DNA of 64,000 nucleotides from NCBI GenBank assembly GCA_963810935.1, contig CAWEPK010000012.1, forward strand, positions 288,001 to 352,000, given 5' to 3'. Position numbers and translations under genes: made by a program. The DNA is from an uncultured delta proteobacterium (GTDB lineage: Bacteria > Desulfobacterota > Syntrophorhabdia > Syntrophorhabdales > WCHB1-27). The notes beneath the pieces are model-generated. The model was not told where the DNA came from. It saw nothing but the letters and a program-made list of their open reading frames with translations, and searched no databases. Of this stretch, positions 52,151 through 62,614 are shown one piece after another (position 1 is the stretch's first letter; every line of letters starts with the position of its first letter).

Positions 52151-52325
52151 CGGGGCCGGAGCCGGCCGGAGAGATTTTTGACGGGGCACCCACCCGACGT
52201 GAGGAGGGGAGGGTCGTTCGCGTTGCTTTTCGAAGGCGGGCACCGCAGCGTACTACTGTACGTGAGGACGCACGCCGAGAAAACGACGCGAAAAGCGCAA
52301 AAAGAACCCGGCCGCCCCGGCCCCG
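52151..52325 (+). repeat. Intergenic palindromic repeat family, copy 5 (longest)
   Basis: Ends cggggccgg...ccggccccg; core gcagcgtactactgtacgtgaggacgc. Confidence 0.85.
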
Positions 52326-52338
52326 CATGCCGTCCCGG

Positions 52339-53235
52339 CTATAAGTCCAGGCGGCGGAACTCCTCTTCGAATCTATCGTTAAACTTTTTGAGCACCCGGT
52401 TTTCGAGCTGGCGCACGCGCTCCCGCGATATCTTGAACGTCTCGCCGATGCCTTGCAGGGTCAGAGGCTCGTCGATCATGATGCGGTTCTCGAAGATGAA
52501 TAGCTCCTTCTCGTTCAGCATGCATTTGAACTCGCGTATCTTGCTCTCCAGTATCTCCTTCTTTTCCTTGGCGGCAACGGCCTCTTCTATGTTGTCGTCC
52601 GCCCTGATTACGTCGAGGAAGGTTTCTTCGCCGTCATCGTAGACGGGGTGCTCGAGCGATATATCCGCACAGGAGAGCCGCTTTTCCATCTCCTCCACCT
52701 CGTGCACCTTGACGTCGAGCGTGTGCGCGAGCAGGTGGGGCGCGGGATAGACGCCGACGTCCTCCAGCTTCTTCTTCTCCCTTTTCAGCCGGTAAAAGAT
52801 CCGCCTCTGGCTCTGCGTGGTCCCCACCTTGACGATGCTCCACGAGTCCATTATGTATTTGAGGATATAGGCCCTGATCCAAAACGACGAGTAGGTGGAG
52901 AAGCGCGTGCCCTTGTACGGGTTGTATTTCTTGACCGCGTGCACCAGGCCGACGTTCCCTTCCTGGATGAGGTCCAGTATGTTAAGGTACGTGTTGTAGT
53001 ATTCGAGTGCTATCTTCACGACAAGCCTCAGGTTCGAGGTGACAAGCCTCTGGCACGCCTCGCTGTCCTTGAAGCGATGCGCCCGCTCTGCGATCTCCGT
53101 CTCTTCTTCCCTTGAGAGTACTGAATGGCGCGATATTTCCGACAGGTACTTCTTGAGCGGATCGAACGGTACCGCTAACGTCTCTTCGTATGGCCTGGCC
53201 TGCTCTTTCCTTTCGTGAATCGTGTTTTGCAGCAA
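52339..53235 (-). CDS. rpoH: RpoH/sigma32-like sigma factor
   Basis: 'NLRLVVKIA', 'DLIQEGNVGL', 'VKVGTTQSQRRIFYRL', 'SRERVRQLE'. Confidence 0.85.
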   Translation of the reverse strand: MLQNTIHERKEQARPYEETLAVPFDPLKKYLSEISRHSVLSREEETEIAERAHRFKDSEACQRLVTSNLRLVVKIALEYYNTYLNILDLIQEGNVGLVHAVKKYNPYKGTRFSTYSSFWIRAYILKYIMDSWSIVKVGTTQSQRRIFYRLKREKKKLEDVGVYPAPHLLAHTLDVKVHEVEEMEKRLSCADISLEHPVYDDGEETFLDVIRADDNIEEAVAAKEKKEILESKIREFKCMLNEKELFIFENRIMIDEPLTLQGIGETFKISRERVRQLENRVLKKFNDRFEEEFRRLDL

Positions 53236-53409
53236 CTTATGCCTCCCAATGCTGTGATTCCCGTTGCTTCGCGCAATCGGTGCGTCCTTTCGCGGTAGTC
53301 GGAAAAGCCCCTTCGGCTGAAATCCGGTCCCTTCCGAGCTGCCTTTCTCGGCGCGCCTATGCGTCCTTGTTGCGCGTTGTCCGGTTGCTTTTGTATAAGG
53401 GATAAGAGT

Positions 53410-53424
53410 ACAAGAACTATGCCA
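53410..53424 (-). promoter_or_regulatory. Sigma54-like -24/-12 element upstream of the first rpoH-like gene
   Basis: Minus strand TGGCATAGTTCTTGT versus consensus TGGCACGNNNNTTGC. Confidence 0.5.
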
Positions 53425-53785
53425 CCACGGAAGGCGGCACGAAACGACGCATTTAGCCAGTTATTACAGGGAGTTGCAGCGGCTCTCCTGCCGCTTCGTG
53501 TCTCGCCCGATGAGAAACTGTCTTACATGGGGATATATGTCTCACTGACCGAGACATGCGTACTTTGCAGCACCGGCGCGGCAAAACGGTCCTATGGACA
53601 GGAAATGGGCTGTAAATAAAGGCTTGTTCGTCTTCCTTACACAGCGGGGGGAAAGCTTACACCGGGCGAGGCTGCCTGGCGCTCTAGCCGGCCGGCGGGG
53701 CGCGAGGGGGAGGTCTTGCGCCCCGCCGGCTGATGGCTAGAACTTGCTGCGGGGAGGGGAGGTCATCTATATGTCCCTGCGCTGC

Positions 53786-54652
53786 TTACGACCAGGCCAT
53801 GCTCGCGCGCAGGTTCCGTGTCAGGTTCTTTGATATCTTCGTCTGGAGCTGCCTTATGCTTTCCCTGGATGTACTGAAGCGCTCGCCTATCTCGCGCAGG
53901 GTGATCGGGTCTTCCGCCATGATGCGGTGCTCCAGGATGTAGCGCTCCTTCTCGTCGAGCAGCTTCTTGAACTCGGCCATCTTTTCGCGGAGCATCTCCG
54001 TCCTCTGCTTTTCGGAGACCGTCTCCTCGACGTCCTCGCCGGAGGCTATCGTGTCAACCAGCTCGTCGCCGCCTTCATAGAGCGTCTCGTCGAGCGAGAC
54101 GTCGCCGTTGGTAAGCCTGATCTGCATGTCGTCGATGTCCGCCGCTGAGACATCGAGGTTCTCCGCCAGGACTTGCGAAGAGATGGCTACGCCATCCCGC
54201 TCCAGCTTATCCTTCGCCTTGTTGAGGGAGAAGAACAGCTTCCTCTGGCTGTCCTTGGTGCCGACCTTGACGATGCTCCACGAATCCATAAGGTACTTAA
54301 GGATGTAAGCGCGTATCCAGAAAGAGGCGTAGGTGGAGAAGCGCGTGCCCCTGTCGGGGTCGAACTTGCGGACTGCCCGCAAGAGGCCGACGTTGCCTTC
54401 CTGGATGAGGTCCATGACGTTGAGGTGATACCTGTGGTAGTCCATCGCTATCTTGACTACGAGCCTGAGGTTGCCCGTGACGAGCTTCTGCTCCGCCTGC
54501 TTGTCGCCGTGGCGCTTTATAGCCTGCGCAGTCTCTATCTCCTCGTCCTTGGTGAGGACGCGGCTCTTCGATATGTCGTAAAGGTACATTCTGAACGCGT
54601 CGTGGGATTGTAAATCATTCGAGCCGTTTACTGCCGCTGTCTGAGAAGTCAT
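53786..54652 (-). CDS. rpoH: RpoH/sigma32-like sigma factor (paralog)
   Basis: 'DLIQEGNVGL', RpoH-box-like 'SQRKLFFSL', 'SRESIRQLQ'. Confidence 0.85.
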   Translation of the reverse strand: MTSQTAAVNGSNDLQSHDAFRMYLYDISKSRVLTKDEEIETAQAIKRHGDKQAEQKLVTGNLRLVVKIAMDYHRYHLNVMDLIQEGNVGLLRAVRKFDPDRGTRFSTYASFWIRAYILKYLMDSWSIVKVGTKDSQRKLFFSLNKAKDKLERDGVAISSQVLAENLDVSAADIDDMQIRLTNGDVSLDETLYEGGDELVDTIASGEDVEETVSEKQRTEMLREKMAEFKKLLDEKERYILEHRIMAEDPITLREIGERFSTSRESIRQLQTKISKNLTRNLRASMAWS

Positions 54653-54696
54653 CTTCTCCTCCTTCGCTGATTTCCTTCACCCTGGAGGACTATATA

Positions 54697-54711
54697 TCAA
54701 GAAGCGTGCCG
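54697..54711 (-). promoter_or_regulatory. Sigma54-like -24/-12 element upstream of the second rpoH-like gene
   Basis: Minus strand CGGCACGCTTCTTGA, about 45 nt before the ATG. Confidence 0.55.
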
Positions 54712-54861
54712 CGCAACAAACGGCCATTCAGCACGAGGCGAGAGAGGGACGCAGCGGCCGGATTCGGCCTGTTTATAGGGGAATTAGAAAGATTGGAGGC
54801 ACGGATGGGTTGCTGCTGTAGTATACAAAAAGAGTCCTGGAAACTGGATTAATCCTGGAAA

Positions 54862-54902
54862 CAGGACCGGCGGGGCCACCCGAAAAGGCCCCGCCGGTCC
54901 TG
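54862..54902 (-). terminator. Intrinsic terminator of the exoprotein gene
   Basis: Perfect 16-bp stem caggaccggcggggcc/ggccccgccggtcctg just past the stop. Confidence 0.7.
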
Positions 54903-54924
54903 AAATACGCATATGGTGCAAGGG

Positions 54925-57900
54925 TTATTTATTCGGCCCGCTTCCTCCACCCGCCGCACCCCCACCGCCCTGGCTGCCGCCTTCCAGGTCGAACTGCATG
55001 CCGTCTGCATTGATCGACTTTATGGTTGCCGAGTAGCCGGCCGAATCGGAGAAAACGATATGGTTATCCATCGTCCCGTTAACCGTCCCCGTGTTGGAGG
55101 GCGTAAAGCTGCCTATCTGGTTATTCAACCCCTGGCCGGTAGAATTGCTCCCCTGGCCGCTGAAGGAGGCCTGGCCGCCGGTCTGCTGGCCGTTGGACTC
55201 GAAATTGGCTTGCTGCTGCTGCGCCGCAAGCGCCGCCTGCTCCGCCGCAAGTGCGCGGCCTGCGATCACCTGGCCGATGGTGCCGTTGAGGTAATAATTA
55301 ATGTCACCAGTTTGAAAGTCCTTCGTGGTCAAGCCTTCGCTTCCCGATACCACGCCGTTGACCTTGCCGGCAGTGTACCCGCTGACATCATACAGCCCGG
55401 GATTGAGCTGGGAGTTGTAGTAGCTGTTGGTAATCGAGCCGCTCAGGACCACCGGTATTCATGCTTACGATGCCGCCCGTTAGCCCGGCGACCCCGGTGA
55501 TAAGGCCGTCGGAATAGCTGTTGGAAATGATGCCACTATTAGCTCCAGCAATCCCTCCGGTGTAGGACGTGGTCGCAAGGCCACTGACATTGCCGGTCGT
55601 GTAGGAACCGCTGATGGAGCCAATATTATTTCCCACCAAGCCGCCGGCCGTTGCCGCCGCGTTCGGTGATGCCGGATTTCCCAGTCCAGTCACGTTGCCC
55701 GTGGAGTAGGAGTTGATGATCTGGCCTTGATTGCTTCCGGCCAATCCCCCCATAGAGCCGGCCCCCGCAGTCACATTACCGGTAGCATAGGAGTTGGAGA
55801 TGACGCTTGACGAACTGCCGCCACCGCCAAGCAATCCACCAGTGCCCTGGCTATTGCCGGTCACATTGCCGGTAGCATGCGAACTGTTAATCGAGTAATT
55901 GCCGACGACATCCCCGACCAGCCCGCCGACATAGGCAATGGTGGTATTGACAGGCGTAGTGAAAACCACATCCCCTGTCGCATAGGAGTTGGTAACGGCG
56001 ACTGTTTGGGTTCCGGTGTTGTAGGCGTATCCGATCAGTCCGCCAATACCGGGATACGACGACATATCGGTGTTCTCGTAATTAGTCACCTTGCCGGTCG
56101 AATAGGAGTTGTTCACGATCCAGTTACCGGACAGATACCCGACAAGTCCTCCAAGGTCAGCTCCGCCACTCACATTGCCCTTGGCGAAGGAGTTTTGAAT
56201 GGTACAGCTACCAAGGACGCATCCTGCCTCCTGACCAATTAGGCCGCCGACGTAGGAGGCATATGTGATATTCGCCAAGGTGGCGTAAGCGCCGGTGGTG
56301 ACATTATCGACACCGGATAGAACCGTGCCGGTAGCGTAGGAGTTGTAAACGTTTGCGCTGTTGGCATACCCGATCAATCCGCCGACACTACCGCCGATCG
56401 TCGTAACATTGCCGCTGGAATCCGAGTTGTACAGGTTGATATACATCCCTCTACCGAACAGACCGGATCCTCCGATTACGGCAGCACTGGAGTAAACATT
56501 CGAGACGTTGAGGAACACCGTCGACGAACCGGTCAGGTAGCCAACCAACCCTCCGGCCGTCAGCGAGGATGAAGTCAGGGTGCCGGTGCTGTACGCGTTG
56601 CTGATATTGCCGTAGTCCATGCCGATCAGAATGCCGGCCGCGTACATCCCCTGCCCAGGGGAAAAGGTGCTCGTGACGTTGGCGTTGACGATCCCGATGT
56701 CGCGAATCGACGAGGCGCCGATCGTGGTGCTGGTGCCCAAGGTGCCGATCAGGCCGACGGTATTGTAAGGAGAGTTGAGCGTCAGGTTGCTGATCGTGTG
56801 ACCCAGGCCGGCGAAAGTCCCCGAAAAGTTCTGGACGAGCGAAGTGACGTAAGTCGAGCCAGAGGCATCCAGGTTGGACGCGAGGGCATAGTTGCCCGTG
56901 ACCACATAGGGAGAAGAAGTGTCGAACAATCCGGTGCTGGGATCGTAATAAATAGTGCTGTACGCGTATTGCGAGCTCAGGTGGTACGTTCCGGTTGTGG
57001 GGTCATAGTAGGATTTCGTGCTGCCGGCCGTCGTGTAATAGGGCATATCATACAGCTTCGTCGCATTATCGTAACAGACAGTGCTCCAAACGCCCGAATA
57101 TGACGAGCTCAGGTCGTATGTGATACCCGGCTTTGCCGGGTCGTAATACAGCGTCGAGCCTCCCGTTGAGTCCCTGCGTAACCATTATGTCGTATTTTTG
57201 AGTGGCAACATTCCACCAGAACGAGGTGCCAATGTTCGAGCCGTAGTAACCGCCGGTATAAGGAGTCATTATATCATACGACGAATCAGAATAATCCCAG
57301 TAGCACGTCGAGGCCCCGCAGTCGCTCTTGGCGGTGGTCCCCGTAACCGTCAGCGCTATGTCGTATGAATTCTTCTGGAAGTCGTAAGTGTATGTCGTGC
57401 CGTTGATCACCTGGGTTAAGGGTATGTCGTACGCCTTATTGAGGAAGTCGTAGACGTACGTCGTACCGTTGATCACTTTCGTTTGCGGTATGTCGTACGC
57501 CTGAGTGGCGACATCCCAATAATAGTACACGCCGTTGACGGTGCCGTAAATCGATTTCGAACCACTGATGTAGGAAAGTTGCGAATAAACAGGGATATCG
57601 TATGCCTGGGTTATGGGGTCCCAGAAGTACCCCGTGGGGCCGTTGCCGTAGTCGAGGCCGGCCAACTGGCCCAGGCTGTAAATGAGCGTATAGGTCGTGC
57701 CGTTTATCTTTAGGCCGCTGGTGTTGGCGCTGTTGGTAAAGGTGATGCTGCCGTAGACGCCTCCGCTAGTGTCCGTCTCTGCTACGGGGACGCCTTGAGC
57801 GTTCAGAACGGCCCCGGCATAAGAAGCAGGGGTCAGGATGTAGTAGCCCGTGCCTGCCGCCGGAGTTGTCACGTTAATGCCGTTGTAGCCTCCGTAGTTC

Positions 57901-60900
57901 AGGACGATGCCTGCGCTTGCCCCGTTGATAGTGATGGCGTTATTGATGTAGATGTTATTTAGTGCAGCGAGTGTCAGGGTGTTGTTGGAAGACCAGGCGA
58001 CCGAGTCGCTGACCGTAAGGTTCCCGCCGAGAGCGTTTAGGGCGAGGTTGCGCAGCGCCAGGTTGTTATCGACGAACGAGGCGGCCACGTTCCCGCTTGC
58101 GCCTATGGTGATGTTGGGCAGACTGTAAGACCACGTGCCGCTGTTGCCCGTGCCTAACTGGTAGCCGCTGCCCAGGGTAATGGCCGCACCGGCTGTCTCG
58201 ATGAGTCCGCCGTTAGTGGTTGTTCCCGCCACGTTAATGACGCCATTCAGAGTGGTAGTACCATCCAGTGAGGTGATTACGTAATTAGTCAGGCCGTTGG
58301 CCGCATTGGGATTGAGCGTCAGATTGTCCGCCGACACCAGAAGGACCTGGCCGTCAGGGGCGGTTAAGGTGCCCGAATTGGTGACGCCCTGGTTGCTTAC
58401 CAAGGCTATAAACCCGCCGTCGCTTGCAGTGATGCTGCCGTTGTTGACCACCGAACCGCTGCCGCCGGTGCTGTTGAACACGTAGCTGCCGGCGTTGAAG
58501 TTGGTGTCCGTGATGTTGAGGGTGCCGGCGAGGAAGGCGCTTGCGTTGACGCTGGAGCCCGCCCCGAACAAAATGCCGTTGGAGTTGATAAGGAAGATCC
58601 TGCCGTTAGACGTCAGGACGCCGTTGATCACGCTCTGCTCGTTGCCGATTACCCGGTTGAGGGCAATGGCCGTGGTGGAAGGCTGCGAGAAGTTGACCGT
58701 CTCGCCGGAGGCGATGCTGAAGCGCAGCCAGTCGATGATGGCGCTGGGTGTTGTCTGGTTAACCGTCAGGGTGCTCCCCGAGGAGGAGAAAGTAACCGTT
58801 CCGCTGGCTACCTGGCTGACTACCTGGTCGGCGCTCGTGACTGCAACGGTGCCCGTAGCGCCGGTCAGCGTGTAGTTGGGGTTATTGACCTTGAGGCCGC
58901 TCACGCTGGTAATCGCCTCGTTCCCTGTCGCTGCCGAGGCGATGGTGGCAGAGCCGCTGAACGTGACCGTATCGCCGGCGACGGCATTGCTTGCGATTAT
59001 ATTCGAGCCGGAGACCGTCGTGCTTCCGCCTGGTGCCTGGACCCCGCTCAGTTGCAGGACAAGGGGTGTAATCGAGGCCGTGGTGGTCGTAGTGGTGGCT
59101 ATCGTGTAGTTGCCTGCGCTGGAGCCCGTAAGAGAAAGCCCGGAAATTGTGACCGTCTTGCCCGTTCCCGCGTTGGCGTCGGAGAAGGCGCCCGTGGTTG
59201 GGGTGGTGCTCAGGGAGACGATGTCAGTGCCGATCACGCCGTTCAGGCTGACATAGGAGACGGCATCGGTGGTGGTGCCGTTATAGGTCTCGTTGGTGCC
59301 TGTGAAGCTGGCGGTTAGGGTCTTGGGCGTGATGTTCGCAGTCGTCGTGGCCGTACCCGACGTGGCCGGCGAGCCGTTAGTCAGCAGACCGCCGATGGTG
59401 TAATTGCTGGCCTTGCCTCCGTTGGCTCCATTAGACAGACCGGAGAAGGTGAGGCTGACCGATTTCCCGGTTCCCGCGCTCGAGCTCGAAAACACCGGAG
59501 AAGAGTACGTGATGTTGAGCGTCTGATTGCCGACAAGGCCAACCAGGCCGTTGTTGGTAACTCCTGTATTTAATGTTCCCGTAGTAGTGCCGTCATACGT
59601 TTTATTAGCGACCTCGCCTGAGATAGTCAACGATTTGGGAGTAACCGTGACGGTTCCCACAATGTTCTCGTACACGCTGGACGAGATAACGGTCTTGGCT
59701 GTCTGCACGCCGGCATCGACGTAGCCATTCGGGGCCACTACTGTGAATTCGCTCACGGTGGTATTGGTGGCAGGATTGTAAATACTGCTGTACGTATCGA
59801 GATTGGCGGTAAGGCCAGGTCCGCCCTGCAGGCCTCTGCTGGAGAGAGCCAGGGTACCGATGTCATTCGTCGCCAAGCCATAAACGGGCGACGAGCTTGT
59901 GGAAGTGTACACAATCAGGTTGCCCAGGATCGGGTTGCCCCACGTCGAGGCCGTCCAGATGCTCGGGTTGAAACCGTTGTAGCTGGAATACGTTGCTGCC
60001 TGGGCAGCGGTTAGATTCATCGCCGTCGTGGTGTCAGTCGGGACCGTCATGCCGCTTGCGGTATTTGCATACCAGTAAGCGTTCGTGAGCGTACCGGTAT
60101 TGGTGCAGGCAAAACCCCATAGCGAACCGGTCGTAACCGTGCCGGAATAATCCGTGGCGTAGGCGCTGCTGATTGTGCCGGCGTTGTTGTAAACGAACCC
60201 GGCAGTCCACGGATAAGAAGTCGATTTTGCGGCCGTGGCGCCTGTACTATATGCATAGGTCGAATACGCATTGGTTATCACGCCAGTCGCGGTGTTTTGC
60301 CAGACAAAACCCGCCAGATTTGGATTCGTACCGGCGCTGTAACCGTTTGTGTAACCGGTGGCCGCGTACGATTGATCGATTGTCCCGCTGTTCTGGCCGA
60401 CAAAGGCACCTGTGGTCGAGTACGCGTCATTCATCGTGATCACGCCGCTCGCATAGGACCGAGAAACTGACCCGTTATTGATACCCACCAGGCCGCCGGC
60501 ATAAGTCAAGGTCGTGGGATAGGTTGGAGTACTGCTCAACTGGGCTGCGTATAGCGAGTCCAGCGTCGAGCTGTCCAGGATTCTTCCGGTCGATTCATTG
60601 ACACCGACCAGTCCGCCCATAACGTTGGTTCCGTAAGCACTGCCGTTGAAGACGCTCTGGTCTATATAACCGTAGTTGTGGCCGACGAGGCCGCCCATGA
60701 TGGAAGCGGATGAGGTCGGGTAGCTGCTGTTCGCACCGTACAGTGTGCGGCTGCTGATGCTGTTAACAATGGTGCCGTAGTTAACGTTCGCCAGCCCACC
60801 AACCGCGCTTACGGGAGTCGCCGACGTGGACGGGTTCACCGTACCGTAAACTTTCAGATTGCTGATCAGTGCGTTGCTGCCGAGGGTATCGAAATAGCCG

Positions 60901-62432
60901 GTGGCGGTCGTGGTCCCGTTAAGATAGTGCCCTAGGCCATTAAACGTTCCCTGGAACGCGCCGTTGCTCGGCGTTGTGATGGGCGATGTGATGCTGCTGA
61001 TATTGGCGCCAAGCGCGTAGTACCCAGAAAGGTTACCGACAATGCTGGAGAGTCCCGCCGCGGTGGTAATAACCGTGTACGTATTGCCATTCATCGTCAA
61101 GGCGCCGGTGCCGCTAAAATTGACAATCCCGAGATACCCGACCGATGAGCCCTGCACGGTGTAAAGCCCCATGGGCGAGCCGTCGGAGTTAGTCCCGGTT
61201 CCGTAGTTAGCCGTCAGGCCGGCCGTGCCGCTGGCGGTCATCGTGTTATTGACGTAGATGTTATTGGTAGCATTAAGGGTAAGGGCATTGGCAGACCAGG
61301 TGACGGCGTCATTGACCCAGATGTTGCCGTCAGTGCTGCTGCCGCTGGTCGAGGCAATGGTGACGTTACCGTTCTTCAGCGCATTCGTCAGGGCGCCGCC
61401 TGTCATGTCCCCATTGCCACTGATAGTAAACCCGTCCGGGTCGATCAGCCATGTGCCGTTAGTACCGTACACCGATTTGGTGGTTACAATGGCGCTATCC
61501 GCTATGCTCACCTTGTTCCCGCTCGTCTCTATCAGCCCCCCATCCCCGCCGTTAGGGGCCGAGGCATCGAGCGTGCCGCGGCAGGTTGACCGTACCCCCA
61601 TCCGCATAGAGCTTTATGTTGCCTTTAAGGTCGTCTATGGTGCGCGCCTGGATCAGCCCTGAGTTATTCACCTGGGCGGATAGGAGGTCGTCTGCTGCTT
61701 TGGCGGTAAGGATTACCGTACCCCCGTCTGCATAGATGGCCTGCTTGTTCTCTACCAGGGCATTTAAGGCGCCCTGGTCTATCGTTACGTTAAGGAGGGA
61801 GTTGCCGTTGAAGTTTAAGGTTATCTGGTCGCCTGAGGCTAAGGCTACCGTCCCCTTGGTAGCTGCTATTACCCCCTGGTTGGATACCGTATTGCCTAGA
61901 AGGGCTACATACCCTCCGTTGTTGGCTGTTATAGTCCCCTGGTTTACTACGGAGCCTAAAGAGCCGTTGGCGTTGAATACGTAGTTGCCTGCGTTGAAGT
62001 CCGCATCCGTTATGTTCAGGGTACTGGCTAAGAAGCCCGAGGTATTTACACTAGACCCCTTGGTGAAGAGGATGCCGTTGGAGTTGATCAGGAAGACCCT
62101 GCCTGTGGCGTTAAGGGCCCCCTGGATGATACTGCTCTCATTGCCGACTACCCTGTTCAAGGTGATGGCGTAGATGCCAGGCTGGTTGAAGTTGACCGTC
62201 TCTGCCGGTGCGATGCTGAAGGTCTGCCAGTTTATGGAGGCCTTGTTCGTGGACTGGTTGATGTTCGTTGTATTGCCCGACTGGACTATGGCGGCGGTGC
62301 CGCTTGTGACTACGCCGCCCGTGGGGGCGGCCAGAAGAGGGCCTGCAAGGAGGCCATACAACCAAAGGCCGCCATAGTCAGGGATAACGTTTTTTTCATG
62401 AAGAACTTGCCCTGCCTGCATCTTGTGCGCAT
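54925..62432 (-). CDS. Large filamentous-haemagglutinin-like (TpsA) exoprotein with two TPS domains, YDG-like and GLUG-like repeats (about 4 frameshifts)
   Basis: ORFs 62310-62564, 61552-62556, 57066-61607, 55388-57046 and 54925-55452 join. Signal peptide; 'INWQTFSI...LNRV...FLINSNGILF'; 'WLIDP'; 'NKTYDGTT'; 'GGLVG' repeats. Confidence 0.85.
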
Positions 62433-62614
62433 CAGTTGTTCCCCCTTTGTCGTTGCCGGTTGCAGTCTTATGTAAAACGCCGCTTGATGATGGCCTATCG
62501 CTATTACTTGACATAATATAACGGTTATCGTTATATACCATTGAGCATAATGCCACGTCAACAAATTTGGCGAAAGTTTCTTCGGATTCCGGTGAGCGGG
62601 GGGCGTCCGGGCTC

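Noticed and set aside
52017..52328. 104-aa N-terminal extension of the kai-linked kinase in the ORF track
   Set aside because: It runs through repeat copy 5; the RBS-supported start is at 52016.
100..62432. Many split genes (DUF4268, HerA, PfpI, Wzx, kinase, paaK, STAND, FHA) read as pseudogenes or programmed frameshifts
   Set aside because: Single-base indels are scattered over unrelated, otherwise intact genes with no shared slippery motif. Long-read consensus error is the simplest explanation; read polishing would settle it.
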